NCBI GenBank assembly: GCA_038087875.1
Contig: CM075991.1
Coordinates: forward strand, 9,674,001-9,738,000
Reading direction: 5' to 3'
DNA from: Malacoraja senta
Taxonomy: Eukaryota
Length of the DNA: 64,000 bases
The notes beneath the pieces were generated by a model. That model saw only the letters and a program-made list of their open reading frames with translations. It was not told the DNA's origin and did not search any database. The position numbers and the translations under genes were made by a program. The first letter of the stretch is position 1. Every line of letters starts with the position of its first letter. Shown one piece after another: positions 1 to 12,228 of the stretch.

Positions 1-184
1 CAACTCCCCACTTTAAACAAGCTAAAGAACACTTAAAAACAAACATTTAATACATACAAAGCCACAAAGAAGGAAAGGACAGACAGACTGTTGGCGAGGC
101 AGCCATTGCTGGCGCCACCCGGTGGATTCATCTCAGCAAACAAAAGATCAAAATACTTCTCTAAATGGTCTGTGGCAATGTGGA

Positions 185-392
185 ACGGTGGCGCAGTGGC
201 AGAGTTGCCGTCTTACAGTGCTAAAGACCCGGTTTGATCCTCACTCAGAGTGCTGTCTGTACGGAGTTTGTACGTTCTCCCATGACCACGTGCTCCAGTT
301 TCCTCCCACACTCCAAAGATGTAGTGTTGTAGGTTAATTCGCTTCGGTAAAAATTGTAAATTGTCCTTAGTGTGTGGGATAGCGTTAGTGCA
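185..392 (+). mobile_element. HE1/V-SINE-like tRNA-derived SINE (partial)
   Basis: tRNA-like head GGTGGCGCAGTGG...GTTTGATCC and V-domain TCCAGTTTCCTCCCACACTCCAAAGA. Confidence 0.8.
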
Positions 393-737
393 GAGCTCAA
401 GGGCTCTGCAAATAATACTGAATAAATTTGTAGGTTTGTTTGAAACATTCATCTCTAATTGGTTCCTGCATTGCAGTATTTCAAAGAAATACAAAGAGAG
501 ACCGAGCTATTTGCCGTTAGGTAAACCAGCGGTTAATTTGTTATTTAATTGTACCATCAAAAGATGTAGTGTGCTTGAGTTAGAACAATACAAGCTTTCA
601 ACCACATACATGCTTTCACTTAGAGGCTACTTCCATCCCTGCAACATTGTCCATTATGCCATACTTCAGTTCATTCGCTGCTGAAACCATTAACCATGCC
701 TTTGTTAACTGCATATTTTCCAGTCCTCTGCTTTATT

Positions 738-882
738 TTCAGTTTAGATACAGCGTGGAAACAGGGCCTTCGGCCTACCGAATCCGCACCGACCAGCAAT
801 TCCTGCACACTAAAACTATCCTACACACATAAGGGACAATTTACAATTTTACCGAAGCCAATTAACCTACAAACTTGTATGT
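738..882 (-). mobile_element. HE1/V-SINE-like 3' half
   Basis: Matches the 3' part of the copies at 10509 and 40185. Confidence 0.75.
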
Positions 883-1737
883 AGTCTAAAGAAGGGTCCC
901 AGCCCAGCCATCCTTTTTCTCCAGAGATGCTGCCTGACCTGCTGAGTTACTCCAGCACTTTTTCGTTATGTCCCAGCATCCGCAGTTCCTTTCTAAACAT
1001 CAACATGGCTCCATGGGTTCAGTGATGATCAATATACAGAACTAAATGAGAGTTAAGACAAAGTAGTTTCGGGTGGCTTCAAGAGGCCAGTGGGGAGTGT
1101 GTTGGGACGGTCAAATCCACGGACAATGTACACATGCACAAGGATTTCAGATGAGCAGAGACAGAGAGTTGGATGTTTTGGAGGTAAAAATACATGTTGA
1201 ATAATACATCCCAAATCAATAAACCACACTATATTTCAGGAGCTTATGGATAATACACTATTTTTATTGACTGGCTTATGAAGTGACCATTCAAACAAAA
1301 TCTATAACTTCTCCTTGAGTATTGACAATCTTAAGCATTGGTGTTGCACCCGGCAGTGCCCTCAGCCATTTTGTCCATTGAGGAATCCTACCACACAGAT
1401 TAATTTAACAGAGGATAGAGCATGACCCAAATACTAAACCCAGCGGCTAGCCTTCTGTGAATTTTGATCAAAGATTGTAATCAACACCAGAACATCAGTG
1501 CATAATCCAAGCTAAGGCTCGGAATGCTATGCTGTTGAAGACGCGGTATGATACTAACTGAACTGGCGAGAAAAAGGTTTTCCCACACAAATACTGTACA
1601 TTCATGCGAAAGTTGGAGCAAAAAGATTTCTAGACTTTTAGGTTAAGTGCTCAAAGCAGAAACTATATGCCTGGAAAGGACAATTAACAGAGTTAAAATT
1701 ATTTAACATACCCCATGTGAGATAGGCTACTTCAGTA

Positions 1738-2114
1738 CAAACTCCCGCAGGGTTACGAGCGTCCCATTAACAAGCACACTCGGATGGGTATTTGGGATAC
1801 CGATGGGGAGGATTTTCAGCTGCTGAGGAGTGGGAATAGGGTGTTTCCATGTGCCTTCTCTCCCCATCACTCCACCCCGCCCCACGGCGACGAGATGCGA
1901 TAATCGGGGCCTGGGACGAGCCAAGCAGAACTGGGAGCGCTGAGCAGACTCACTAGCTCACTCACTGAGGCAGTGAGGCAGGCTGGCGGCCACTCTTCCT
2001 ATGCCTGCTCACTCTCCTGTCACATCTGTATCTATGATCCTCTCCCATGCACTGTTTGGATTTATTTCTGACTTACGAAGATTTTGCACCCTGTCATAAC
2101 CCGAGGACTTCCTG
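1738..2114. mobile_element. Possible old Tc1/pogo (Tigger-like) non-autonomous element
   Basis: GC-rich island flanked by TA; decayed inverted ends CA...GGGTTACGA / TCATAACCC...TG. Confidence 0.4.
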
Positions 2115-2799
2115 TATTTGAAATTGTAAGCTAATTGGGCAGTTTCTTTGTTATTACTGCATTAATTGACAGCTTGATTTTATGCACATTTTTTGCATAT
2201 AACCCGCTGCATTTTTTCTGGGGAAATTATCTTTCTTTTATCAGAAGCTGCAGTTTTACTCATCGGTTTTGCTTTTCCATTCATTAAAACAGTTTCTGAA
2301 CAGGCTATGTGCAGGAAGGAACTGCAGATGCTGTTTTACAACGAAGATGAACACAAAATGCTGGAGTAACTCAGCGGGTCAGGCAGTATCTCTTGAGAAA
2401 AGAAATAGGTGATGTTGCGGGTTGATATCCTTCTTCAGACCTAGGAACAGGAATTACGAAGAACATGAAGTACAAAGTACATGAAGAACAGAAATTAAAT
2501 TGTTTGTGTTCAATCCAATGCTTTCCACAAGCCCAAACATCCCAATCTGCTTCTAAAACTCCTTAAATATAGCACCCACCACCTTGAAATGTCACTCCGA
2601 AACTGCTAATGCTTTCTCAAATAATTTTCTTCCTCCTCTCCATCAGTCTAATACTTTAATTGGTCTTCAATTCCTACAGTCCTTTAATTCTCCATCTGCA
2701 GCTTAGCCATTTACTGTGTTAACTGCTTATATACAATATTATTATTTTTAAAAAGGACCACAGACTTTCCTTTGGCGAACCTTCAGAAAGACAAAAAAG

Positions 2800-5749
2800 A
2801 CAGGCTTATATTTATATGTTTAATGGCAAAAAAAGTTATGATATTAATTTTACATTAATCAGAATACATAATACAAAGTGCTACTTAGATAAATGTCAGG
2901 TGTTGATAATCACTTTGGCTCAGTTAAATTCAACAGATTCATTTTTGAAAACCTGCCCCCAATTTAAAAATAAAAATCAAAGAAAAGTTCTTGTTACTTT
3001 TTTCATTAAAAAGATTGACATTTTGGCTACTGCAGTCTTAACGTGATAATGTGCAATATGCAGGTTTACTTTTTATCAACAATAAAATAGCTGTATTTTT
3101 CAGAGGATTGGGCCAGACAAATATTTGTTATGTTAAGGATCAATGTGTGGTCATTTCTACTTTATTTATTGATTGGGACATATGGGGAATTAATTCAACC
3201 TTGTAAGGCTAGGTTCCTTCCAATACATCAAAGTGCAATTTAAAATGAGGACTGTTCCTCCCTGGCACCTCCTCCCACTGAAAATATATGCCAGCAACAT
3301 TTTCAATGCGTGCAGTCAACTCACCCATACAAATTTCAGACCCAATTTTGATATATGTAGATAAACAAGTTATGGTGTAGTGCACAAACGGAATATTTTT
3401 ATTGCACATTGAAATATCTGCAGGACAGAAAGACAAACTGTTTCAGGCAGGACCCCTCCCCAAGTGCTCTGGTGAGCCCCCCAAGCATAAAACTCACCAC
3501 TCTTTACTTTGTGAATTGTGTTTTGTGATCAATTTGTGACGTTACTTCATTCATCATTTTAAATCTCTGCAAATGAAAGATTGTTTCAATAGATCCTGAG
3601 CTTCTGCTTTGATATTAAAAACAGCATTCAAATAACTTTTGAGAGAATTTAACATTTGTAATGTTGTCATGAAATAAAAGAGCAATTCTCAGGTATATCA
3701 CCATGTCCTCCAACTGAAAGGATTTTTTTTTAAATCCCAAAAGCTGGAATGGAAGGAAAACAGAATACATTTTAAAACTGCATGGAACAACTTTGACAGA
3801 TAGCGTTATGACAAGGATACTGTTTCCCTGCAAAGCAAGCAACGTTCATTTCCAACCAATATATTCTTAAAACAAGGATTCTTTTTCAAGGTATAATTCA
3901 CCAAAACGTGGCATACACCAGTGTTGTACTGGTATTTGTACAATCTCAGGAGAATTTAAGGAAATTCACTTTAATTTTACATTTTACTTCTTGTGTTTCA
4001 AAAACGTTACAAAAATCTATTTCCAAACGTCCTGGTTAACATGCTCTAAATTCTTTGCTTAGAAAGTCATGTTAGTTGAAAGAGCTTTGATGAGAGAAGG
4101 GTTTTATATATAGTGGTAATCATGCTGTGGAATGAAACATCAGACAACCTCAGTCAATGACCAGAATTAGTTAGAATGCAACACCAAGCAGAACTAACCT
4201 CTTTACCGCTGTTTCAATCTCAACGCGTTTCCCCGATACAGTGATGTTCCTCTATTTCTCAAACCTGCCAGCAGGTGGCAATTCTAAGCTGCACTGCGAA
4301 TCAGCGATGGCTTGAGGACAATTTGGTGCAACAGGTGTCAACATTTCGGGAACTGGGCTGAGATTGCCTTAACTTACACAGGACACAATTCTTATAGCCA
4401 AGAAACAAAATTACCTTCTATTCCTAACAGAATTAGCTAAATTAAATCCATGTTCCACACATGCCAAGCCCACATCTAAAATTTCACTCTAAACATTAGC
4501 CAAACAGAAGCTGAAAACTAGTGCATAAGGTCAAAACAAACAATTGAGAAAAACTTTGAAAGGTTCTAGGACAGTTACTTTAATCATATCAGTTCCCAGA
4601 ACTATATACTTCATTTTAAAGTACTGGGGAGAGGCTAAAACAACCATGATATGGCAGGTTAATGCAATAAAATGCAACAGACCATTGAAAATCAGAATTT
4701 ATAGCCAAAGATACACACGATTGACAGAGTACTCAGAAAAATGGCAAACTTTCTGCTTTCTACCTATCACGATAGTTCAGAATTTTGCTCCTTCATTTAT
4801 AGGTGCAATCACTATTCTGGGCTGACTTACTAAACCTTAGCTGGGCTGTTACAGTTGGTCTCAGCGTTTGCTGGCAATAAGATCTAAAGGGAGAGAATCA
4901 GCTCGTATGTCTTTCCCATATGAGTCCTGCTAGGAAACATCAAGTAGGAATAGGATGAAATTCAGCAAGGTTCAATAAAGTGTACTTGAGTTAGAGAGAT
5001 GCTATCAATATTCAGAGATAAAAATTATTTTTGAATAAAAATTGCGATAAGCCCGAGAATTCAGCGAAGCGTTAGAAAACAAAAAATGCTGCTTTGATCA
5101 GTAGAGTCAAAGCCAAATTGCATGGCTGCTCCACTAGTTAGCATCAAGCATGTAATAGCAGAAAACGTGAAGAAAGCAGTGATTTATGGCAAGGTGAGAG
5201 AATACTCATATTCTCGAAGAATATGACAATCGTTACAATCAAATGGCAAATCTACATAGAATAATTCCAACAGCAACACAATATGTTGGTTTGTTAGTTC
5301 AAGTATTGAGCTGTTGCCAGAGAGAATGTAAATCCTAAACATGAGGCTGCAGTTTAAGGTTCAGTTCTACTGTGCTTGTACTGTGCTGTACTTGTGCTCT
5401 GCATAAGTTTTGCTATTTCATAATCTATTCTAAACGGCTGCACTATAAGATGTATTGAACAGATCTCAATGGTGTTTGCTGGTGAACCTACTTCACGCTG
5501 ATGCAAACCAGTAAAGCATATTAGGGCTGCTGTCATATGGTATACGGCTTGATTCACAAGTTAAAGTTGAGTGCAAGAGAGGGAAGTCCAGTTAGTGCTC
5601 AAGCAAGCATTTTCTACGAAGTAACAAAGGAAATATGTAATGAGATGGGATGTCTTGTGCTTGTGATGGTTATTTGTCTTCTTCCAATTCAAATGTACTG
5701 ATGGAACAGCCACACAATTTCACAGGTCATGTTTAAATCTGAATCTGGC
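2800..5749 (-). other. BNIP3L: Putative long BNIP3L 3'UTR
   Basis: AT-rich with no recognisable repeats for ~2.9 kb; ATTAAA at 2819-2824 followed on the minus strand by a GU/U-rich tract; other AATAAA near 3161-3170 and 3398-3403. The 3' end is inferred. Confidence 0.55.
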
Positions 5750-5798
5750 TCAGAAGGTGCTGGATGAGGAGGTTGTCAGTCTTTTCCCAATGTAGATC
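5750..5798 (-). CDS. BNIP3L: BNIP3L exon 6 coding part with stop
   Basis: tttag|G ATC TAC ATT GGG ... TTC TGA = IYIGKRLTTSSSSTF*. Confidence 0.96.
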
Positions 5799-7206
5799 CT
5801 AAAACAGAAGGGTTCAGGTTAGGAAACTACGTTTCTCCCTACCAAATTCTCACTCGCACAAAGAAAATGCCATTTTAAAATTTAACTTGCTATGTTAAAT
5901 TATAAATGGAAGCATAACTTTTCATCTCCACACAAGCGCTGTTTGTAATTAAGACTTAGGCCAATCTTAACATGGACAGAGCTGATCTTTCTTTAGTTCA
6001 TGCAGCCATTAACTTTGGCATTTAACAATTTAGCACCCAAACCCTTGAACAATACTCATTTAGCAATAAATTCAGATTTCCTCCATATAATCTCGCACCT
6101 GAATATCTGCTTTTCATACAATTGAAATATGTACATCTGTCATTTTAAAGAAGGACTTGCCAAAGTCAGAAGCCTGAAGAATCTCTGGTATACAAATGTT
6201 TTATTCTTTAAGAAATAAAAATTCCAAACAGTTAAAGCAAATATGGACAGAGATATGGACATAAAAGATGTGCCAAAGATGTGAAGGTGCCTCACTGAAA
6301 CTCGGTAATATTTCAATGGGATGAGAAGAGGTGATAAATCTGTAAATGCAATCAATCACAACTCCAGGCAGACAGTCCAAAGAGAGACAGTTAAGACCAG
6401 TTTGAATGCTCAGCATAAATCCCGTTACAGGAATGATGCAATTGCACTGGAGAATGTGCAGAGAATGTTTGCAAGGATGTTGCTAAGAATGTAAGCTTTT
6501 CTATTAGATAAACTGTGGTTGCTTTTTTTTTGAAGAAATATAATCAAAAGCTGTAAGCACATTACGAGGGTCATAGAATGATCTTTCTATCCTTTTGCAA
6601 AGGAAAATAATCAGGACGCATAGATTTGAGGTAATTGGTAAAATCATTTGAAGGAAGGCAAGGAAAATAATTCCCCCCACCCCGTAGGTGGAAATCTCTG
6701 GAAAGACAAAGGTGGAAACACAAAGATTGGAGCAGCACTTCGTACTGAAATTCAGACTGAAAAGAACATGCACATAAACAGCAGCAACGATAAACAAGTG
6801 TTGTGGAAAATAATGAAATGATTTTTAAAATGGGGCAGAATGGTAGTATGAAGCAACAGATAACAGCAACACTGAAATAATGCAACTGGGTTTTATTAAT
6901 CAGGGTTTTATTAATCAGTAAATCAAAGCAAGAAGCAATTTTTATATTTATATTTTAGTGAATTATTGTGTTATTTATCAACTATTTTTCAAGGAGGCTT
7001 CACTACAAATGTAGGAGTCTTTAGATGAGTAGAAGTATTATCTTATACAAATTGTAAAATCACCAAGTTTATCAATGTGTTGCAACCTGGGATCATTTGA
7101 AGAAGAAATAAGTTAGTATTACAGAACAACTTGCTCTTCAATAAGGTGCTGATCCTTTTTCTTCAATAAAGGTCTTTTTTTATTAATACCACTGTTAAAC
7201 ACTTAC

Positions 7207-7356
7207 CCTAGACCCAGAGCCAGAATATGTGACAGAAGAAGGGAGGGAAAGAGGATCTTCAGAAATTCAGCAGAAAATACTCCTCCTTTTTTCATTGCCG
7301 CAGTCTTTCTCATGCTGAGTGTGACCGAACGCTTAGGATGTTTGAAATGAAATTCC
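7207..7356 (-). CDS. BNIP3L: BNIP3L exon 5 (juxtamembrane and transmembrane helix)
   Basis: ctccag|G GAA ... CTA GG|gtaagt; [50 protein letters not shown]. Confidence 0.97.
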
Positions 7357-8891
7357 CTGGAGGAGAGAGGGGAAATATTAAGAATTTCATCCCAGAATAA
7401 TTTGCATTACCCATGATCTCAGATCTCTCAAACCAAAACAACCAAGTTCTATGATAACCAGATTTCTCTTATAGAACCCGAGGACTTTTTTCAGGTCAGT
7501 AGATAGCTACTCTGAAATTTCAGTACATTTTGCAGCAATTGTAGCAAATGGGGAAAACAAATAAAAAGCGACTCTTGGGATGATAGAGATAATTATAAAT
7601 GCTAGAAATTGCTGAAAAAATATGAGATTGATCTTCCTCCTGGTGTGTAAAGCTTTGTAATACTGCAACTTGGTTTTCTTTATTACTTGAAGCAGGTGGT
7701 GAGTGCACAGATTATACTTTTTTTTCTCCAGGAAGTTTAATACAGGCCGTTATGGATTGAAAAATAAGTTTCAGGCTTGTTATCAGGCAAGTTACTGTTA
7801 TTTCAGATGAACAGGTCAACAGTTTTCTCCGTTGTATGGGTATGTTAAGTATGTAACATTCAAATGTTACTTCATTACAAAATACTAGCAACAATCTTTG
7901 ATGCACACATTGACTCGCTGGCTACGAGATTTTGGTTGTGGAATGAGTAGACCCTATTCTGTGCATTGCTGGCATTTACAGATGCACCTTTGTGTTTTAC
8001 CTTGCCATTAAGGGAGCTGGAATTAATTAAGTAGCATATTTGTGCACTGATAACATCCTTGCTTTTAGTTTTTACAAACAAAAATGGATTTGTAAGACGT
8101 TGTCAATTAGGGAGAAATGCACTTTCTAATTGTAGAGCATGATAACATCCAAACGTATGAATTTTTGCAATGTACTCTTCTTTTCTCAAAATGCAATCAA
8201 TGCACAGAATATTTAGGCAGATTAAAGTCATTCTGGAAGCACAGGTTTTGTTAAGCACATTTCAATAATGGTGCTGCTGAAATGGGAAATACAGCATCTG
8301 AGGATCTGTAGGATTAGATGCACATTCAGCAGCTGGTTCAGCAATGGTTGGATCCCTCCAGGTTTTCTTCTAAATTTAAAATCTATCGGACATCAACACA
8401 AACAGCAAGTGAAGTGGGATTCAGACTTCTGCTAGTATTTTGATATAGAGTAGCATTTGGACATTACATACTTAACATACCCACATACAAGGACTGATTG
8501 TCTCATTTTCACAGCAGTTTAATAGAGATTCTGCAATTTATTTTGGTGCCTAATGCAGGGAAGGAGATGAGAGAGCAGATCAGAAAGCATTCTGACCATG
8601 TATTAGCATTGATGAACTGGGGCAGGCATTGCCAGAAAAATATCAATCCCTTCCAGTGTAAACAGGGGCAGCTCCCTGGAATAAGGGGATGAAAAAACAG
8701 CGTTTTTGTGAAGATTACAGTCACAATCACTGGTCTATCATCCAATAATCATCAATTGTTTCATTACGCTACAGATATTATACATGACTAGCAGACCTTT
8801 AGTTATAAATGTGAAATTTATACCTCCATGGCACCAACGCAAGATACAACTGTACAGGGCATTCTCTTCTCAACTAATATTCTCAACTCAC

Positions 8892-8998
8892 TTTGGAGGA
8901 ATGTTTTCAGGTCGACTTGACCAGTCGGAGATCCATTCAGCACTTCTCTTCATCATAATTTCCTCCTCTTGTTCTCGTTCCAAACTGTCATCTTCAGA
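8892..8998 (-). CDS. BNIP3L: BNIP3L exon 4 (BH3-like region, WSSRPE motif)
   Basis: tttag|TCTGAA ... CCAAA|gtgagt; SEDDSLEREQEEEIMMKRSAEWISDWSSRPENIPPK. Confidence 0.96.
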
Positions 8999-9810
8999 CT
9001 AAACAGAAAACCCAGAAATGAACAGAAAGTCCATAAAATGCTAAGTTCAATGCTAAGTTTGCAAGTTCAAGATTTCCTGATATGTGCAAGCATTGGTGAT
9101 TATTCTGAACTTGTTGGGTCTTATGCAGGAAGATGCTGGTTGACGCATACCATTTCTCTGAAAACATTCAAGCCATTATATTTTAATGTCTGAAGAAGGG
9201 TCCCGACCCAAAACATTGCCTATCCATAACCTCCTGAGATGATGACTGACCCGCTGAGTTACTCCAGTACTTTGAGTTCTATGATAAATTGCATCATCTG
9301 CAGTTCCTTGTGCCTCTATACTTTAATAAAATACTGATAAGAAAATAGGCTTGACTAAACTTGAGAAATGCCTAGTAACAACATCTACCCGTCTCTTCCA
9401 GTGTGGAAATATGGAGTGAAAGAGAGAGAGTTCAATTAATTATTTAGACCTTAGATTTGTGTTTATTTGCGACTTCCAATCCATTCAGCAGCTTTTTTTT
9501 AAATAACCAAATTGCCTTATTTTATTTGGGCAAAGTTAAAGGTGACAACACTTTTTACCAAAATCCTGAAGGTCAATTAAAATCTCTTTAAAAGGAAACA
9601 AAACTGGTACAAGTGGTAGTGTTGCCTCTCAGTGCTACAAACCCAGGTTTGATTCTGACTTTGGGTGCTGCTTGTGTGTAGCTTGCACTGTCTCCCTGTG
9701 GCGATATGGGTTTCCCCTGGGTGCTTGGGTTTTCTTCCACATACCAAATACCTGTAGGTTGGTAGGTTTATTAAAATGCCCCGAGTGTGCAGGTGAGTGG
9801 TAGATTTTTA

Positions 9811-10500
9811 AAAAATTTTTATTTATTTATTTATTAAAAAAAATATTTTTTTATTTATTGAACATGTTAAAAAAATACAAACACAAATAAACTTATAAGC
9901 AATAAAAAAGAAAATAAAACACAAAGGAAAACAAACAAATAAGTAACTCAAATAATACAAATAATATCGTTCATGTTCAAAAGTGGTAAGAAGAAGTTCG
10001 AAAACTTTTCTGGTCCTACCCCCTCTTATTTTCTATACATTTTCATGGAAAAACAAAATAATGGGAACAAATGGACCCAAAATCTGTTGAACAGTCCACA
10101 AACAAGAAATAACCAAACAGAAAAGAAAATCACTGGTCCAGCTCATAACCATTCAATCTTTTGTTTCTGAAGAGTGTTTTTAGTTTGAATAGAGTCTTAC
10201 ATTTTTTCAGCTCATCATGGCAGTTATTCCAGAGACTAACACCCTTTGCTGTAACACAATGGAGTTTTGCATTAGTTCTTATTGCCGATTTTTCGAATAT
10301 ATAGGTTCCTCTCAGGTTGTGTTTGCTTTCTCTCCGTTGGAACAACCCCTGGATATTACAAGGCAATTGCTGATTTGCTGCTTTGAACATAATTTGGATA
10401 GTTTTATAATCTGTCAGATCTTGAAATTTTAATGTTTTTAGTCTGATAAATAATGGTTTTGTTGATTGTCTGTAGGTGGTTTTATGTATAATTCGTAAAT
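9811..10500 (-). mobile_element. 3' fragment of a Crack/L2-CR1-group LINE with 3'UTR and A-rich tail
   Basis: ORF 10130-10390 (MFKAANQQLP...HNLRG...GVSLWNN...FKLK) resembles this group's C-terminus; followed by a 3'UTR and an (AATA)n/A tail. Confidence 0.7.
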
Positions 10501-10508
10501 CTGAGAAG

Positions 10509-10838
10509 TTTAGTTTAATCTAGTTTAGAGATACAGCGTGGAAACTGGCCTTTCGACCCCCCGGGCCTGCGTCAACCAGCGATCCCTGTACACTAGCACT
10601 ATCCTACACACTAGGGAAAATTTACAATTTTTTCTGAAGCCAATTAACCTACAAACCTGTACGTCTTTGAAATGTGGGAGGAAACCATAACTCCCGGAGA
10701 AAACCCACGCGGTCACGGGGAGAAAGTACAAACCATCTTTGGTACAAACTCCGTAGAGACAGCACCCGTAGTCAGGACCGAACCTGGGGCTCTGGCACTA
10801 TAAGGCAGTAACTCTGCCATTGCGCCACCATGCTGTCC
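10509..10838 (-). mobile_element. HE1/V-SINE-like, near full length
   Basis: tRNA head, V-domain, and 3' tail GCCAGTTTCCACGCTGTATCTCTAAAC with CTAAA-type repeats. Confidence 0.85.
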
Positions 10839-11382
10839 CAGTTGAGGAGGATGTGTGGCGAATTTTCAAAATGAGATTAGTGTTGGGGCAGACTCAGTGA
10901 GCTGAAGGACCCATTTGCCCCTCTATGACAATCGCTCTGACTCCATGACTTGACAGTAACCTTTAAATATCAGCCTCTGGTATTAGATGATAAGCAGCTA
11001 CAGAGGGACACCGCACCCTCAGAGGAGACAGTGTCATCAGCAGGAGAATTAAACAACTGCAGAGTTTGAATTAATGTTCATTCTCTTCGATAAATTGGTA
11101 CACAAGATCATTCTTCGTTTTGCCATTGTGGCTGAACTGTAATCAGTTTCCTCCTACATCCCAAAGATGTGTAACTTACTCTCCCATATAGATGAGTGGA
11201 AGGAGTATTTGAGAGGAGAGAATGTGTTACGGGGAAATAAATTGGGGAATAGATCAGAGATGAATTCTCCAAGAGCTGCTTATGTTGTCAGAAATTGAGG
11301 AAGTTTTGCTGTTGTACAACAATTCACTTCAAATACATGAAAAGAAACATTGTTTCTTTGTATCAAAATCTCAACTGTCACA

Positions 11383-11667
11383 CTGTGGAAACAGGCCCTT
11401 CGACCCACTGAGTCCGTGACGACCAGCGATCACCGCACACTAACAATATCCTACACACAATAGGGACAATTTACAATTATACCAAGCCAATTAACCTACA
11501 AACCTCTACGTCTTTGGAATGTGGGAGGAAACCGGAGATCTCAGAGCAAACCCATGGTCACGGGGAGAACGTACAAGCTCCGTACAGACAGCACCCTTAT
11601 TCAGGATCAAATCCGGGTCTCTGGTGCTGTAAGGCTGCAACTCTACGTCTGCGCCACTGTGTCGCCC
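11383..11667 (-). mobile_element. HE1/V-SINE-like, near full length
   Basis: Same head, V-domain and tail as 10509-10838. Confidence 0.85.
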
Positions 11668-12146
11668 GCATCCAAAGCATTACCATATCTAATCTAACGC
11701 ATACCAAGTCCTGCACACCCAACAACTGTGATGCTTTATGGCTCTCACTGGGCTATGGGCCACTTTTAAAGCCTGCATCTTTTGGTGGTTTTGCTTCTCA
11801 ATATCTCTACAATCTCCGCTCATTCTACAACTGTGCTCTCCAATTCAGACCTCTTGCACAGGCATAACCTCTTCCATATCCCTGATGCATTTGCTCCACC
11901 ACCAGTAAGTTTCTTTCAGCTTCCTTGTCCTTCTTATTCAGTGTGCTCTTTCCTAAAACTTTTCAACCACTCTTCAAAACATATCTGACTATTTGAGCAC
12001 CTATCTCAATATTGCTATGTGGATTGGTGCTATAATTTGTCTAAAGAGAGTTTAAAGTAGCCTGGGACATTTTAGGACATATTTTATGACATTTTAGCAC
12101 AAATCATTGTTGACAATGCAGTTAACCCTAGACCAGATCAAATTAC

Positions 12147-12228
12147 CTGAGAACTGTTGTCTCTGCTACCTTGCGGCTCTACTTCGAAAACTGCTTGAGT
12201 CATCTGAGGTGTTTGGGGTCGAGATTGA
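12147..12228 (-). CDS. BNIP3L: BNIP3L exon 3
   Basis: ttccag|T CAA ... TCT CAG|gtaatt; 82 nt, phases 2/0 fit the neighbours; SQSRPQTPQMTQAVFEVEPQGSRDNSSQ. Confidence 0.9.

Noticed and set aside
185..250. tRNA-like A/B boxes here and in other SINE heads
   Set aside because: SINE heads followed by the V-domain, without a full cloverleaf.
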